DNA from: an uncultured delta proteobacterium
GTDB lineage: Bacteria > Desulfobacterota > Desulfobacteria > Desulfobacterales > Desulfatirhabdiaceae
DNA length: 64,000 nucleotides
Assembly: GCA_963789395.1 (NCBI GenBank)
Contig: CAWBKP010000022.1
Location: 160,001 to 224,000, forward strand
Direction: 5' to 3'
Shown here: one piece after another, positions 1-13,314 of the stretch
How positions within the stretch are numbered: position 1 is the first letter of the stretch
Layout of the letters: each line of letters starts with the position of its first letter
The notes under the pieces: model-generated
Seen by the model: only the letters and a program-made list of their open reading frames with translations
What the model was told of the DNA's origin: nothing
Database searches by the model: none
Made by a program: the position numbers and the translations under genes

Positions 1-2
1 TG

Positions 3-1168
<1,166 letters not shown>

Positions 1169-1169
<1 letters not shown>

Positions 1170-1579
1170 TGAATGACAAGAAAATATTTCTTAAAGACAA
1201 GAAATATATCATTGCGGGATTGGTCATTTTTATCGCATTGGCAACCTTCCCTTTCTGGTACAATTCGGGAAAGGCCGCGCCCGCGCCGGAGCTTAAACTG
1301 ACCGAAAAGGCCAAAGCGGCAAAAGAATGCGTGATGCCGACCGCTTATATGCGGGCTGAACACATGCAGCTTCTGGATGTCTGGCGGCATTCGGTCGTTA
1401 GAAATGCCGACAATATCTATGTCAATCCCAGTGGTAAGGCATTTACCATGAGTCTTTCCAACACCTGCCTGGATTGTCACTCGAACAAGGCTGAATTCTG
1501 TGACAAATGCCATGACTATGCTTCGGTGAGACCTTACTGCTTTGACTGCCATATTGATAACCCGAAGGAGACAAAGTGA
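1169..1579 (+). CDS. dsrJ: DsrJ, triheme periplasmic cytochrome c
   Basis: N-terminal membrane anchor; three CXXCH motifs (CLDCH, CDKCH, CFDCH); CV...MRAEHM motif; operon position. Confidence 0.95.
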
Positions 1580-2367
1580 TGGAAAGCAGCAGAAGACGCT
1601 TCTTGACAATGGCCGGGGTTGCTGTTCTGGGCATCGGCGCCAAACCGGTTCTGGATGTTCTGGCATCCGGGCAGGGAGAGGTTGCGGGCCAGGTTGAAAT
1701 CAAAAGAGGAGAAGGCGCGCTCAAGGCCAAACAGTGGGCTATGGTCATTGATACGCGCAAGGTGAAGAACGCCTCTGATCTGGAGCCCATGATCAGCGCC
1801 TGCCACAAGATTCACAACGTTCCCAGGATGGAAAACAAAAACCACGAAATCAAATGGATCTGGGAAACGGAATATCATAACGCGTTTCCGACGGAAACCA
1901 ACAAATTCCTGAGCGAGCATGCCGAGCATATTCCGTTTCTGGTGCTCTGCAACCACTGTGAAAACCCGCCATGCGTGCGGGCCTGCCCCACACAGGCCAC
2001 ATTCAAACGGGAACTCGACGGCATCGTCATGATGGATTTTCACCGCTGCATCGGATGCCGCTTCTGTATGGCCGCCTGTCCGTTCGGTGCCAGAAGTTTC
2101 AATTTCAGGGATCCCCGGCCGTTTATCAAGGAGATCAACAAGGAATATCCGACCCGCATGAAAGGTGTCGTCGAAAAATGCAATTTCTGCGCGGAACGGC
2201 TTGCTGTCGGCAAGCTGCCGGCCTGCGTCGAGGCGTCCAACGGCATCCTGACGTTCGGGGATCTATTTGATCCCAAGTCTGCGGTCCGGGAATTGTTAAA
2301 ATCCAATTTCACCATTCGACGGAAACAGAGCCTGGGAACAGAGCCTTCAGTTTACTATATCGTGTGA
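1576..2367 (+). CDS. dsrO: DsrO, periplasmic 4Fe-4S ferredoxin-like subunit
   Basis: Tat signal SSRRRFL; CNHCENPPCVRACP, CIGCRFCMAACP and KCNFC motifs. Confidence 0.95.
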   Translation: MMESSRRRFLTMAGVAVLGIGAKPVLDVLASGQGEVAGQVEIKRGEGALKAKQWAMVIDTRKVKNASDLEPMISACHKIHNVPRMENKNHEIKWIWETEYHNAFPTETNKFLSEHAEHIPFLVLCNHCENPPCVRACPTQATFKRELDGIVMMDFHRCIGCRFCMAACPFGARSFNFRDPRPFIKEINKEYPTRMKGVVEKCNFCAERLAVGKLPACVEASNGILTFGDLFDPKSAVRELLKSNFTIRRKQSLGTEPSVYYIV

Positions 2368-2368
2368 G

Positions 2369-3532
<1,164 letters not shown>

Positions 3533-3554
3533 TTATTCCCCGCATTACCACTCG

Positions 3555-3588
3555 AAGGGCATCTTTTGAAAAAAGGTGCCCTTTTTTT
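3555..3588 (+). terminator. Rho-independent terminator of the dsr operon
   Basis: Stem AAGGGCATCTTT/AAAGGTGCCCTT followed by a T-run. Confidence 0.8.
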
Positions 3589-3608
3589 ATGAAAGTCGCC
3601 ACAACGGT

Positions 3609-6495
3609 ATGAAATCGTTCATTGAACTTTCAGAAAAACTGGCAACAGAAGCCGGACAGAAATGGGAGGCCCTGCAAGACGCCGCCCGGGAACTGGGGGT
3701 TGTTTTTTCAGAAGACGTTTTTTGCGGATCGCTTCGGCCGGTGTTTGCGTTCAGCGACTTTGTGTCGCAAAGCTGCATCCGCTATCCGCTGATGCTTCAG
3801 GATCTGGTTCAGAGCGGAGACCTTTTCCGGGTGTATCCCAAAGAAACGTATGCTGCCAGGCTTCAACAGGGCCTGCCGGACGAACAGAATGACGCCTCCC
3901 TTGGGACATGTCTGCGGCATTTTCGGCGAAGGGAAATGGTCCGTATCGCCTGGCGGGACCTGGCCGGATGGGCGGATCTTCAGGAAACCATGGATTGTCT
4001 GACTTTCCTGGCGGATGCCTGCTTGTATTTCGCGGAAAGGCTTTTGTACGAAAATCTTTGCCGGGAATACGGAACGCCCGTGAATGCCGAAGGCGCGCAC
4101 GCAACGGCTGGTGGTGCTGGCGATGGGAAAGTTAGGTGCCGGCGAACTGAATTTTTCCTCGGATATTGACGTGATATTTGCTTTTCCGGATTCCGGCAAT
4201 ACGGTGAACGGGCCCGTGGAAATAAGCAATGAGGCTTTTTTCAGTCATCTTTGCAGGCGGCTGATTGCCGTCTTATCCAAACCGGATTCGGATGGGTTTG
4301 TGTTCCGGGTGGACTGTAATTTAAGGCCTTTTGGCGAAAATGGCCCTCTGGTGATGAGCTTTGACAACATGGAGGATTACTACCTTCGACAGGGCCGGGA
4401 ATGGGAGCGGTATGCCTGGATCAAGGCGCGGGTAGCTGCGGGTGACATTGAGGCCGGCACCCGGCTCCTGTTGAGCCTGAAGCCTTTTGTGTTTCGCCGG
4501 TACCTGGATTTCGGCGTTTTTGACGCGCTTCGGGAAATGAAATTAAAAATATCCCGTGAAGTCAGCCGAAAATCGATGCAGGGAAATATCAAGCTCGGAC
4601 CCGGCGGCATTCGGGAAATTGAATTTTTCGGACAGATTTTTCAGCTGACACGCGGAGGCATCAATCCCGAGCTTCAGGATCGTTCGATATTAACGGTGCT
4701 GGGCCTTCTTGCCGGAAAGCAGATGATATCCCCAAAAGTGTATGATCATCTGCTTCAGGCATATATTTTTTTACGTCGGACCGAACACCGGATACAGGAA
4801 TTCTCCGATCAGCAGACGCATCGGATTCCAGCAGATGCAGAGGCGTGTGAGCGTCTTAGCGCTGCAATGGGCTTTTCAGACAGGCAGTCTTTTTTGAATG
4901 AATTATCCAGGCAGATGGATCAGGTCCATCGCTATTTCAATACCCTTCTTGAGAATCCGCAACCAAACGCCGCCGCTGCTTCCGATCCTTCCGTAGAGAG
5001 CGTTCTGAGCGCTGTCTGGCTGGCGCCGGCGGATCGGGAACAGGACCAGAAAACACTCCGGAATCTGGGATTTTCACATTCTGATACAGTGCTGGATATG
5101 CTGGACAGTCTTCGCACGGATTCAGCAACCCGGGCGCTCAGCAGGGAAGGCAGGCAGCGGCTGGATCGCCTGATACCCTTTCTGTTAAAGGAAATCCTTC
5201 CCCTGGATCATCCGGATCTGGCCCTTAACCGGATCATGGACATAATTAAGGCAATAGAGCGTCGCACAAGCTATCTGGCGCTGTTGCTGGAAAACCCGCA
5301 TGCCCGGATCCATTTGGTGAAGCTGGCTCATGCCAGCCCGATGATTGCCGTGTTACTGTCCCGGCATCCGGCCCTTCTGGATGAACTTCTGGACACCCGC
5401 ACCCTGTACACGCCTCCCGGAAAGGCGGAAATAGAGGCTGAAATTGCGGAAAAAATGAGACTGATTCCTTCCCATGACCTTGAATACCAGATCGAGCAGC
5501 TCTGTATCTTTAAACAGGTTAATGTGCTTCGCGTGGCGGCGGCGGATGTGACCGGCGTGCTGCCGCTCATGCGAACCAGCGATCATTTGACGGAGATCGC
5601 TGAAACGGTGTTGCATCAGGTGTTGGAGCTGAGCTGGGATCATCTGGTTGCAAAACACGGCGCCCCTTCCAGTTCACTTGACGGTATTGCCTGCAACAGA
5701 GGCTTTGCGGTGATTGCTTACGGAAAGCTTGGCGGAATCGAACTGGGGTACGGCTCTGACCTGGACCTGGTATTTCTGCACGCCGGAGACCCCGGTGAAA
5801 CCCGGGGGAACACGCCAATAGACAATTCCCAGTTTTTCGCCCGGCTGGGGCAGCGGGTGATCCACATGCTGACTGCGCGGACTTCGGCCGGCTATCTCTA
5901 TGAAGTGGACATGCGGCTACGGCCCAGCGGCAGTTCCGGCGTTCTGGTCAGCGACGTGGTTGCGTTTGAACAGTACCAAACCGAGAAAGCCTGGACCTGG
6001 GAACACCAGGCACTGGTAAGATCACGGCCGATTGGCGGGGATATCCGGGTCTTTGAACGCTTCCAGGACATTCGGCGAAAAGTGATCTCGCAAATCCGCG
6101 AACCCGAAGACCTTTGCCGGGAAGTCGGGGAAATGCGCGAGAGAATGCGAAGGGAGCATGCCGGTAAGTATCCGGGGCAATTTGATATCAAGCAGGATGT
6201 CGGCGGCATTGTTGATATTGAATTTCTGGTGCAGTACCTCGTGCTTTCAAAATCCCATGAGCATGCCGAGCTGCTACAGTGGACCGATAACGTCCGTCTC
6301 CTGCAGACCCTGATTGAAACCGGAATTCTGCCGGATTATCATGCCCATTTTCTCAAGGAAGCCTATCTGACGTATCGGGCTGCCGTCCATCGGCTGAGCC
6401 TCCAGGCAAGACCGGCGGTTGTTTCCGAAAACCGCTTCCGATCCTTGCGGGAAAACGTCGCTGCGATCTGGAAGCACTATATGCTGATTTCGTAG
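3609..6495 (+). CDS. glnE: Bifunctional glutamine synthetase adenylyltransferase/adenylyl-removing enzyme (one apparent frameshift near 4100)
   Basis: ORF 3576-4169 gives the N-terminus (LRHFRRREMVRIAWRD); ORF 4084-6495 carries two nucleotidyltransferase motifs (MGKLGAGELNFSSDID, YGKLGGIELGYGSDLD). Confidence 0.93.
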
Positions 6496-6605
6496 GCGTC
6501 CGTCACAAAAACAAACCTTCATTTGATCTTGTCACCCATCAAGCCGCTTTGATCGTTCCGGTCAAAAACGTCGAATGAATCGCCGTCAAACACTGTATTT
6601 GAATC

Positions 6606-6633
6606 TTGACAATTTGATCTTTTTTCTTAACAT
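6606..6633 (+). promoter_or_regulatory. Candidate sigma70 promoter for the TetR gene
   Basis: TTGACA-16 nt-TAACAT in an AT-rich intergenic region. Confidence 0.45.
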
Positions 6634-6733
6634 CAAACTTTCAGAATCAATTGGACAATTTTTATCTTGACTAAATAATTAATATAAAATAAAAATAAAT
6701 ATTACAAATAAATTTTATTCAGGAACAGTTGCC

Positions 6734-7381
6734 ATGGGAATTCAGGAAAGAAAAGAAAGAGAAAAAGAGCGGCGGCGGCAGCAGATTATCGTCGCGGCCA
6801 AGCGGGTATTTTCGGAAAAAGGGTTCAACAAGTCGACAATGGAAGACATTGCCAGCGAAGCCGAACTCAGTCCGGGGACGTTATACCTGTATTTCAAAAA
6901 CAAGGAAGAACTGTATGCGTCCCTTTCACTGCGGATTCTGCAGTATCTTCATATTCGGGTCGAGCATGTCAACAAGGAAACGGATATGACTCCGGAACAA
7001 AAACTGGAGAAGTTGATCGAGGCCATGTATGATGTCTATGATTTTGACCCGCTGATCATCATCAACATGTTCCACCTTCAGTCCAGCGAAACGCTGAAAA
7101 ATCTATCGCCCCGGCTCATGACCCAGATTGAGGAACTATCCCGAAAATCCATCGGTGCCATTTCAAGCATTTTTCGGGATGGCGTCGAGAAAGGCGTTTT
7201 TATTGAAAAACACCCGGTTGCCCTTTCGGATATTTTCTGGTCGATGTTTTCTGGAGTCGTTCTGTGGGAAGCCAGTAAAAAAATCATCAATGATGATAAA
7301 GATTATTTGAAGAAAACCCTGGCCATTGCCTTTGAGATTTTCTCGCAAGGGGTGAAAACAGATAAATCCATAGCCAAATAA
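6734..7381 (+). CDS. TetR/AcrR family transcriptional regulator
   Basis: N-terminal [23 protein letters not shown]...[13 protein letters not shown]. Confidence 0.92.
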   Translation: MGIQERKEREKERRRQQIIVAAKRVFSEKGFNKSTMEDIASEAELSPGTLYLYFKNKEELYASLSLRILQYLHIRVEHVNKETDMTPEQKLEKLIEAMYDVYDFDPLIIINMFHLQSSETLKNLSPRLMTQIEELSRKSIGAISSIFRDGVEKGVFIEKHPVALSDIFWSMFSGVVLWEASKKIINDDKDYLKKTLAIAFEIFSQGVKTDKSIAK

Positions 7382-9849
7382 CGCCTCAAGCCGGCATCTT
7401 TCCGGCATCCTATAAAATTGATTGTCAGTTCATACTCACTGGCACCTGGCATCCGGACAATTTTGAATCCCAGTTTCCTGCCAAGGGCCAGCATTTGTGT
7501 ATTTTCGGCCAGTACGACGCCCATTACGCTTTCAATGCCGCGGTCTTTTGCAATGGAAAGACATTGGCTGAGAAGCTCCGCGCCAATCCCCTTGCCCTGG
7601 CAGGCGTCGCTGACGATAACGGCAAATTCTCCGTGATGCTGTTTGATATCCAGGATCACTCTGGCGACACCCAGCATCTTTTCTTCCCCTTCGGTTTCCT
7701 GAATAGCCACCAGCGCAATCTCCCGATCATAGTCTATCTGGGTAAAGCGCACCAGCATGCTGTTTTGAAAACTTCTTAACGGCGTAAAAAACCGCATATA
7801 GATGCTTCGCGGGGAAAGGGATTCGTACAGCGAAAGCAGCAGCGGCGCATCTTCCGGTCGAATGGGCCGAATCAGCAGCTCACCGAAACCTTCGCGAAAC
7901 ACCTTGTTTTCGAATTCATTGGGATAGGGGCTGATGACCAGATGCAGGGGAGAAGGGGTTGATGACGGCATGACAACCACCCTTGCATTTACCGCACTTG
8001 CCCAGGTGTCTCCCAGAAACAAGGGGTTGATATCCAACTCCTCAATGTGTTCGATGTCGGTGACAAGCTGAGATACCCGCATGAGGATTTCTTCCAGAAG
8101 TTCAATGCTTACAGGAGGCAGATTCCGGAATCCAGCGAAAAGTTTGCTGATGCGGGTTTCTTCAATGCATAGTCTTGCCAGGTGACGGTTAATGGGCGGC
8201 AGGGTAAATGCATGATCCCTGAAAACGTCGGTAAGATAACCACCGGTTCCAAACATCAGCACCGGCCCAAAATCCGGATCTTTCTTGGCGCTGATCATCA
8301 GTTCATGATGGGGCAGGTTCAGTGCCGGGTTGACAGGAATTCCGTATGCAGCCAGCAATTCTTTTGATTCAATTTCAGTCATTTCATACCGCCCACTGTG
8401 AATATGCGCATCAACCAGACATCTGGCCTTGTCCCTGTTGAATTCCAGCCTGCGATGAAATTTTGGCGGAATTTGCTGCAGGGTCTCGATATTTCGCGCA
8501 TAGCGGTATAAATCCATAAAGGCGCGCACCGCCCGTTCCGGGGTGTCAAACGTCGGGATCCCGGCGCGATTAAAAATAAGCCGGGCCGGCTCCACGCTTT
8601 CTCCGCCCATCCAGGATGTAATGACGGACTTGGGTTTATCCTGAAGATAAGCGCTGAGCGATTCGGCGATATGAACGGGTTCGCTCATGGCAAGCGGCGA
8701 AAAAAGGACCAGCACGCCGCTGACTTCCGGGGCACTCAGACTGATGTCGACTGCCTTCAGGTAGCGCTCTGGGCTGGCATCTCCCATGATATCCACCGGG
8801 TTGGAACGGCTCCAGTAGGCAGGAAGTACCTGGTCAAGCTTTTGAAGGGTTTCGGGACTGAGGGTTGCGGGCGCCTGTCCATAGTCCTGCAGCATGTCAA
8901 CCGCCATGACGCCCGGTCCTCCGGCATTGGTGATGATAGCAAGCCCGGTTCCGGTAGGTTGCGGCTGCTTGGCCAGCATTTCGGAACAATCGAATAGCTC
9001 TTCAAAAGTTTTTACCCGGACAATGCCGGCCCGTTTGAAAGCGGCATCGTAAATGGCATCAACTCCTGCAACGGCACCGGTATGAGAGGCTGCCGCAATG
9101 GCTCCGGATTGCGTTCTGCCGGCCTTAAGGGCAATGATGGGTTTTACCCGTGAGACCGCTCGCGCCGCACTCATGAAATTTCTAATGTGGCTCAGGCATT
9201 CGACATACATGACAATGCTGCCGACATACGGATCGCTTCCCAGATAATCGATGATATCCCCGAAATTTATATCCAGCATGGAGCCCAGGCTGATCATATG
9301 GCTGAAGCCAATCCGATCCGTGTTAGACAGATCGAGGATGGATGAACAGATAGCGCCGCTCTGGGAGATAAATGCGGTTTTGCCCGGAATCGGCATACGC
9401 TGAAACATGCTGGCATTTAAAAACGTGCGGGAACTGATAATGCCGATACAGTTGGGACCGATCACCCGCAGGCCACTGGCATCCGCCTTCCTGCGGATAT
9501 CCGCTTCAATCTCTCTGCCTGCCTTGCCGGACTCTTTTCCCCCCGCGGATACAATGACCACGCCGCCCATTCCGGCAGCACCGCATGCTTCGACGATCCT
9601 GGGAGCCTCTGCGATATCGGTGGCAATGATACCCAAATCCACCGGTGAGGGGATTGCGTCGATGCTGGAAAAAGCCTTGTAGCCCATGATCTGGCTGCGT
9701 CGCGGATTTACCGGAAAAATATCACCGGCAAACCCGCCTTCCTTTAAATTTCGCATCATGACGGCGCCAATGCTGTCTGGTTTCTGGCGTGCGCCGATGA
9801 CGGCAATGGATTTGGGTCTAAACATTCTGTCAAGATTGTGTATGCCCAT
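7303..9849 (-). CDS. Pat/YfiQ-type fusion: NDP-forming acyl-CoA synthetase-like domain plus C-terminal GNAT acetyltransferase
   Basis: [25 protein letters not shown] and NPVD motifs, then GNAT ([21 protein letters not shown]). The last ~35 aa overlap TetR and are probably an indel artefact (true stop near 7410). Confidence 0.88.
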   Translation of the reverse strand: MGIHNLDRMFRPKSIAVIGARQKPDSIGAVMMRNLKEGGFAGDIFPVNPRRSQIMGYKAFSSIDAIPSPVDLGIIATDIAEAPRIVEACGAAGMGGVVIVSAGGKESGKAGREIEADIRRKADASGLRVIGPNCIGIISSRTFLNASMFQRMPIPGKTAFISQSGAICSSILDLSNTDRIGFSHMISLGSMLDINFGDIIDYLGSDPYVGSIVMYVECLSHIRNFMSAARAVSRVKPIIALKAGRTQSGAIAAASHTGAVAGVDAIYDAAFKRAGIVRVKTFEELFDCSEMLAKQPQPTGTGLAIITNAGGPGVMAVDMLQDYGQAPATLSPETLQKLDQVLPAYWSRSNPVDIMGDASPERYLKAVDISLSAPEVSGVLVLFSPLAMSEPVHIAESLSAYLQDKPKSVITSWMGGESVEPARLIFNRAGIPTFDTPERAVRAFMDLYRYARNIETLQQIPPKFHRRLEFNRDKARCLVDAHIHSGRYEMTEIESKELLAAYGIPVNPALNLPHHELMISAKKDPDFGPVLMFGTGGYLTDVFRDHAFTLPPINRHLARLCIEETRISKLFAGFRNLPPVSIELLEEILMRVSQLVTDIEHIEELDINPLFLGDTWASAVNARVVVMPSSTPSPLHLVISPYPNEFENKVFREGFGELLIRPIRPEDAPLLLSLYESLSPRSIYMRFFTPLRSFQNSMLVRFTQIDYDREIALVAIQETEGEEKMLGVARVILDIKQHHGEFAVIVSDACQGKGIGAELLSQCLSIAKDRGIESVMGVVLAENTQMLALGRKLGFKIVRMPGASEYELTINFIGCRKDAGLRRYLAMDLSVFTPCEKISKAMARVFFK

Positions 9850-9927
9850 ATAATAATTGCCTTTTATGAAAGAAAAAAGATCAGGTGCCGGAAAATCATT
9901 GCCTTGATCCGGTGCAGCGCTTCTCGG

Positions 9928-10608
9928 CTATTGATAGATTTCCCGGTTGTTGTTCCGGTGATCCACCATATACAGCAGGGTTGCTTTTTCCTTCAGCGCT
10001 GCTTTTAATTCTTCCAGTTTAAGACGATTAATGCCGTACATGCGGATGTAGACGTTCCGGTAGCCTTCGGGCGCCTTCTCGTAGGATGTCAGAATACTGG
10101 CCATTCTGCCACCGAATCGGCGGATGATCTGGGCGACATCCTGGATGGAGCCCTGTCGGTCTTCCAGGCAAAAGGCAAACTGGATTCCCCTTTTTCCAAT
10201 GCCCGTAAGGGAAATAATCACCTTGAACAGATCGGTATGGGAAATGACCCCGACGACGATTCCATTTTTGTCCACAACCGGGACACCGGATATCTTGTGG
10301 GCCAGCAGCAGTTCAGCGGTTTCTTCGATTGTGAAATCCGGCGGAACGGTCACCGGATTCACCGACATGATGTCTTTGACCTTGATGGTTGAAAGCAGAT
10401 AAAGAAGCTCGTGCATTTCAAGGGTCGTGGCTTCTGATGCCGATGCTTTTTTCAGATCCCTGTCCGTTATGACACCGACAAGACGATTTTTATCCAGGAC
10501 CGGCAGCAGGGAAATATGATGGGTTTTCATCAGATTCATGGCTTCCTGCATGGAGCCGTGTTTATCTATCGTAATGGCGGGTTTGTGCATCCAGTTTTTC
10601 ACAAGCAT
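9928..10608 (-). CDS. AcuB-like CBS-pair plus ACT domain protein
   Basis: MLVKNWM start after GGAGGTG RBS; two CBS domains (VGVITDRDL, ISGVPVVD); ACT-like EDRQGSI C-terminus. Confidence 0.85.
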   Translation of the reverse strand: MLVKNWMHKPAITIDKHGSMQEAMNLMKTHHISLLPVLDKNRLVGVITDRDLKKASASEATTLEMHELLYLLSTIKVKDIMSVNPVTVPPDFTIEETAELLLAHKISGVPVVDKNGIVVGVISHTDLFKVIISLTGIGKRGIQFAFCLEDRQGSIQDVAQIIRRFGGRMASILTSYEKAPEGYRNVYIRMYGINRLKLEELKAALKEKATLLYMVDHRNNNREIYQ

Positions 10609-10665
10609 AAGAATCACCTCCGGTTGAATGGTGTTGGTTTAACAAAATGTGACATTCGGTTTGTA

Positions 10666-11124
10666 TCAAAAACGATCGACCCTCAGGCTCAACAATGGAA
10701 CAGGCGATCTGCGGAAAAGCTTTTCTGCGGTTGAACCAAACAGAACACCGGCAATGTTGCCTCTGCCCTTTGAGCCCATTACCGCAAGATCAGCCTGTGT
10801 GTCTGTGATGGCCTGAACCAGTTCCACAAAAGGCGTTCCGGTTTTAATGATATTCTGATATTTCAGGTGCGTCATCTGCAGATCCTGCATCATCGCATCC
10901 ATGGCCCGGAGTCTTTCGTTTCTGGTCTGATCAATGTATTCTTGAGCACTTAAATTGATATTGAAGGATAATTTGCTGACAATATCAATATCCCGTTGAT
11001 TAATGACATTTGCAAGCACCAGATCGGCATGCAACGGCCCTGCAAGGTTAGCGGCATATTCCAGAATATATTTTGAAAATTGTGAAAAATCGATAGCCAC
11101 AAGAATTCTGTGAATCGGTTTCAT
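10666..11124 (-). CDS. Universal stress protein (UspA family)
   Basis: RILVAIDFS and DLAVMGSKGRG...FGSTAEKLFR motifs; AAAGGAG RBS before ATG 11124. Confidence 0.92.
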   Translation of the reverse strand: MKPIHRILVAIDFSQFSKYILEYAANLAGPLHADLVLANVINQRDIDIVSKLSFNINLSAQEYIDQTRNERLRAMDAMMQDLQMTHLKYQNIIKTGTPFVELVQAITDTQADLAVMGSKGRGNIAGVLFGSTAEKLFRRSPVPLLSLRVDRF

Positions 11125-11164
11125 GTTTACTCCTTTCGAGGCAAGGATGACTTGGAAAAACAAT

Positions 11165-11180
11165 AGCAAAGAGTATGCCG
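11165..11180 (-). promoter_or_regulatory. Sigma54 -24/-12 promoter upstream of the USP-AcuB-Pat operon
   Basis: Minus strand reads CGGCATACTCTTTGCT (GG-N10-GC), about 40 nt before the USP start. Confidence 0.75.
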
Positions 11181-11430
11181 CTAATTGTTAAGAAGTAAAA
11201 TATTCAGTTTAATTCAATGATATGTGATGGATATTGTGTCTCTTGAGGCTGTTTCCGGTTGTCAGGAATAAAAATAATCTGTCGAATTATTTTTCAGATT
11301 GTAAAGCCGGCGCACATGCGGGAGTCATATCGATGTTCCTCTTGATAATCATTGGTGAATAAGATAAATCTGGAACAGATGGTAATCTTTCAGACTATGC
11401 CATGCATGGCGTTGCAAAAGGAGAAAATCG

Positions 11431-13314
11431 ATGCAAAGAAATAATTACTGGGCTGATCGATATATAGACAAACAGAAAACCGGTGAGGAAGCTATTCGCT
11501 TGATCCGTCCGGGACAGCGGGTGTTCATCGGGTCATCCTGCGGTGAGCCGCAACACCTGGTTCGTGTTCTCTCCGATTCTTCCAGCTATTTTACAGACAT
11601 TGAAATTGTCAGGCTGCTGTCTCTTGAAAGCACGCCGCTGACTTTGATAGCCAACAAAACCCAGGATCAGATCCTGAATATCCGGTCATTTTATCTGGGA
11701 TCGGCCAAACCAAAAAGCCTGGCCCGAAACATGCGGTTCATTACACCCATGAACCTTTCGGCCATACCCAGGCTCTTTAAGAGCAGAAAGCTTCCCATAC
11801 ATGTGGCGCTGATTCAGGTTTGTCCGCCGGATGATTTCGGCTGGATGAGCCTGGGGATTTCTGTGGATATTACCATGGCTGCGGCCAAATCGGCGGATAT
11901 CGTCATTGCCCAGGTGAATCCGCGAATGCCAAGGGTCCTTGGCAGAAGTTTCATTCATGTCAATGATGTGGACGTGTTCGTCGAATACGAAGAGCCGCTC
12001 CTTACGGTTATCAAATCTCCTGAGCTGGAATCCGCCAACAATATCGGCAGAATGATCACTAGACTTATTGATGATGGCTCCACCCTTCAGATCAGCCCGG
12101 GTACGACCACGCATGCCACCATGCTGGCGCTGTCTGAGAAAAATGACCTGGGGATTCACTCACAGTATTTAACAAACGATATCATGAAATTATATGCAAT
12201 GGGGGTCATCACCAACCGGTACAAGGGGTATAATGATGGGAAAATCGTTGCCAGCAGTGCTATCGGAGATACGAATCTCTATGAATTCGTTAATGATAAC
12301 CCGGCCATTGAGTTCCATCCATCGGAATATGTGAATGACCCAAGGGTGATTGCACAGCATCGCAACATGGTGTGTCTCAATGTGGCCACGGCGATTGATC
12401 TGACCGGACAGATCGCAGCCGATGCCCTGCCTTACAACCAGTTTTCCGGCGTTACCGGCATGATGGATTTTATCCACGGGGCTGCCCAGGCTGAAGGGGG
12501 AAAATCCATTCTCATGCTGCCTTCCACGGATTCCCGGGGGGAGAAAAGCCGGATCGTCCCCTTGCTCAGCGACATGGCCGTGGTGGTACCCAGGGCGGAT
12601 GTCCATTATGTGGCCACGGAATACGGAGTCTTCAATTTATTTGGAAAGAGCTTTCAGGAGCGGGCCTTGGGCATGATCAGCATTGCGCACCCGGATTTTC
12701 GCGATGAACTGTTTCACGAAGCCAAAGAAATGGGTCTTTTCAGTGCTGAAAGGACCCTGACGGAATCCATTCATGGCGTGTATCCGGTCAGGCTCGAGGA
12801 AGTACGACAAATTGGTGGAGAAACGGTCACCATTCGCCCGGCCAAGCCGGTGGATGAAAGACGGATTCAAGAGCATTATTACAACCTGGATAAAAATGAT
12901 ATTATCTCGCGGTTTTTTCATGAAAAAACCAGTTTCCTCCGCAATCAGGTTGAGGGCATCTCCCAGATTGATTATATAAAAAATTTGAGCATGCTGGCCG
13001 TGGTCGGCGAATTCGGATTTGGCAAGGTGGTTGCGGTGGGAGAATATCTGTTTGATGAAAATAAAAACATGGCGGAAGTGGCTTTTTCGGTGAACAGGGA
13101 CTGGCAGGGAAAAGGGCTTGCCCGCATACTGATTCTGAAACTTGCCGATGCTGCAAGGGAAAATGGTATTTCCGGGCTGATCGCCTACACATCCAATGAT
13201 AACATGGCCATGAAAAATCTCTTCAAGGTCCTGCCGTACAATGTCAAGACTGCTTTTGATGATGATGTTCTGGTCCTAAGTTGTAAATTTTCAGAGCCAA
13301 AGGAAAGTAAATGA
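11431..13314 (+). CDS. Acetyl-CoA hydrolase/CoA-transferase-like domain fused to a C-terminal GNAT acetyltransferase
   Basis: IRPGQRVFIGS, SLGISVD, DLTGQ and VATEYG motifs, then GNAT (IRPAKPVD, QIDY, WQGKGLA). Confidence 0.88.
   Translation: MQRNNYWADRYIDKQKTGEEAIRLIRPGQRVFIGSSCGEPQHLVRVLSDSSSYFTDIEIVRLLSLESTPLTLIANKTQDQILNIRSFYLGSAKPKSLARNMRFITPMNLSAIPRLFKSRKLPIHVALIQVCPPDDFGWMSLGISVDITMAAAKSADIVIAQVNPRMPRVLGRSFIHVNDVDVFVEYEEPLLTVIKSPELESANNIGRMITRLIDDGSTLQISPGTTTHATMLALSEKNDLGIHSQYLTNDIMKLYAMGVITNRYKGYNDGKIVASSAIGDTNLYEFVNDNPAIEFHPSEYVNDPRVIAQHRNMVCLNVATAIDLTGQIAADALPYNQFSGVTGMMDFIHGAAQAEGGKSILMLPSTDSRGEKSRIVPLLSDMAVVVPRADVHYVATEYGVFNLFGKSFQERALGMISIAHPDFRDELFHEAKEMGLFSAERTLTESIHGVYPVRLEEVRQIGGETVTIRPAKPVDERRIQEHYYNLDKNDIISRFFHEKTSFLRNQVEGISQIDYIKNLSMLAVVGEFGFGKVVAVGEYLFDENKNMAEVAFSVNRDWQGKGLARILILKLADAARENGISGLIAYTSNDNMAMKNLFKVLPYNVKTAFDDDVLVLSCKFSEPKESK

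Noticed and set aside
7303..7410. C-terminal extension of the Pat-like protein overlapping TetR by 79 nt
   Set aside because: A single indel near 7415 would give a TAG right after the GNAT domain; probably an artefact
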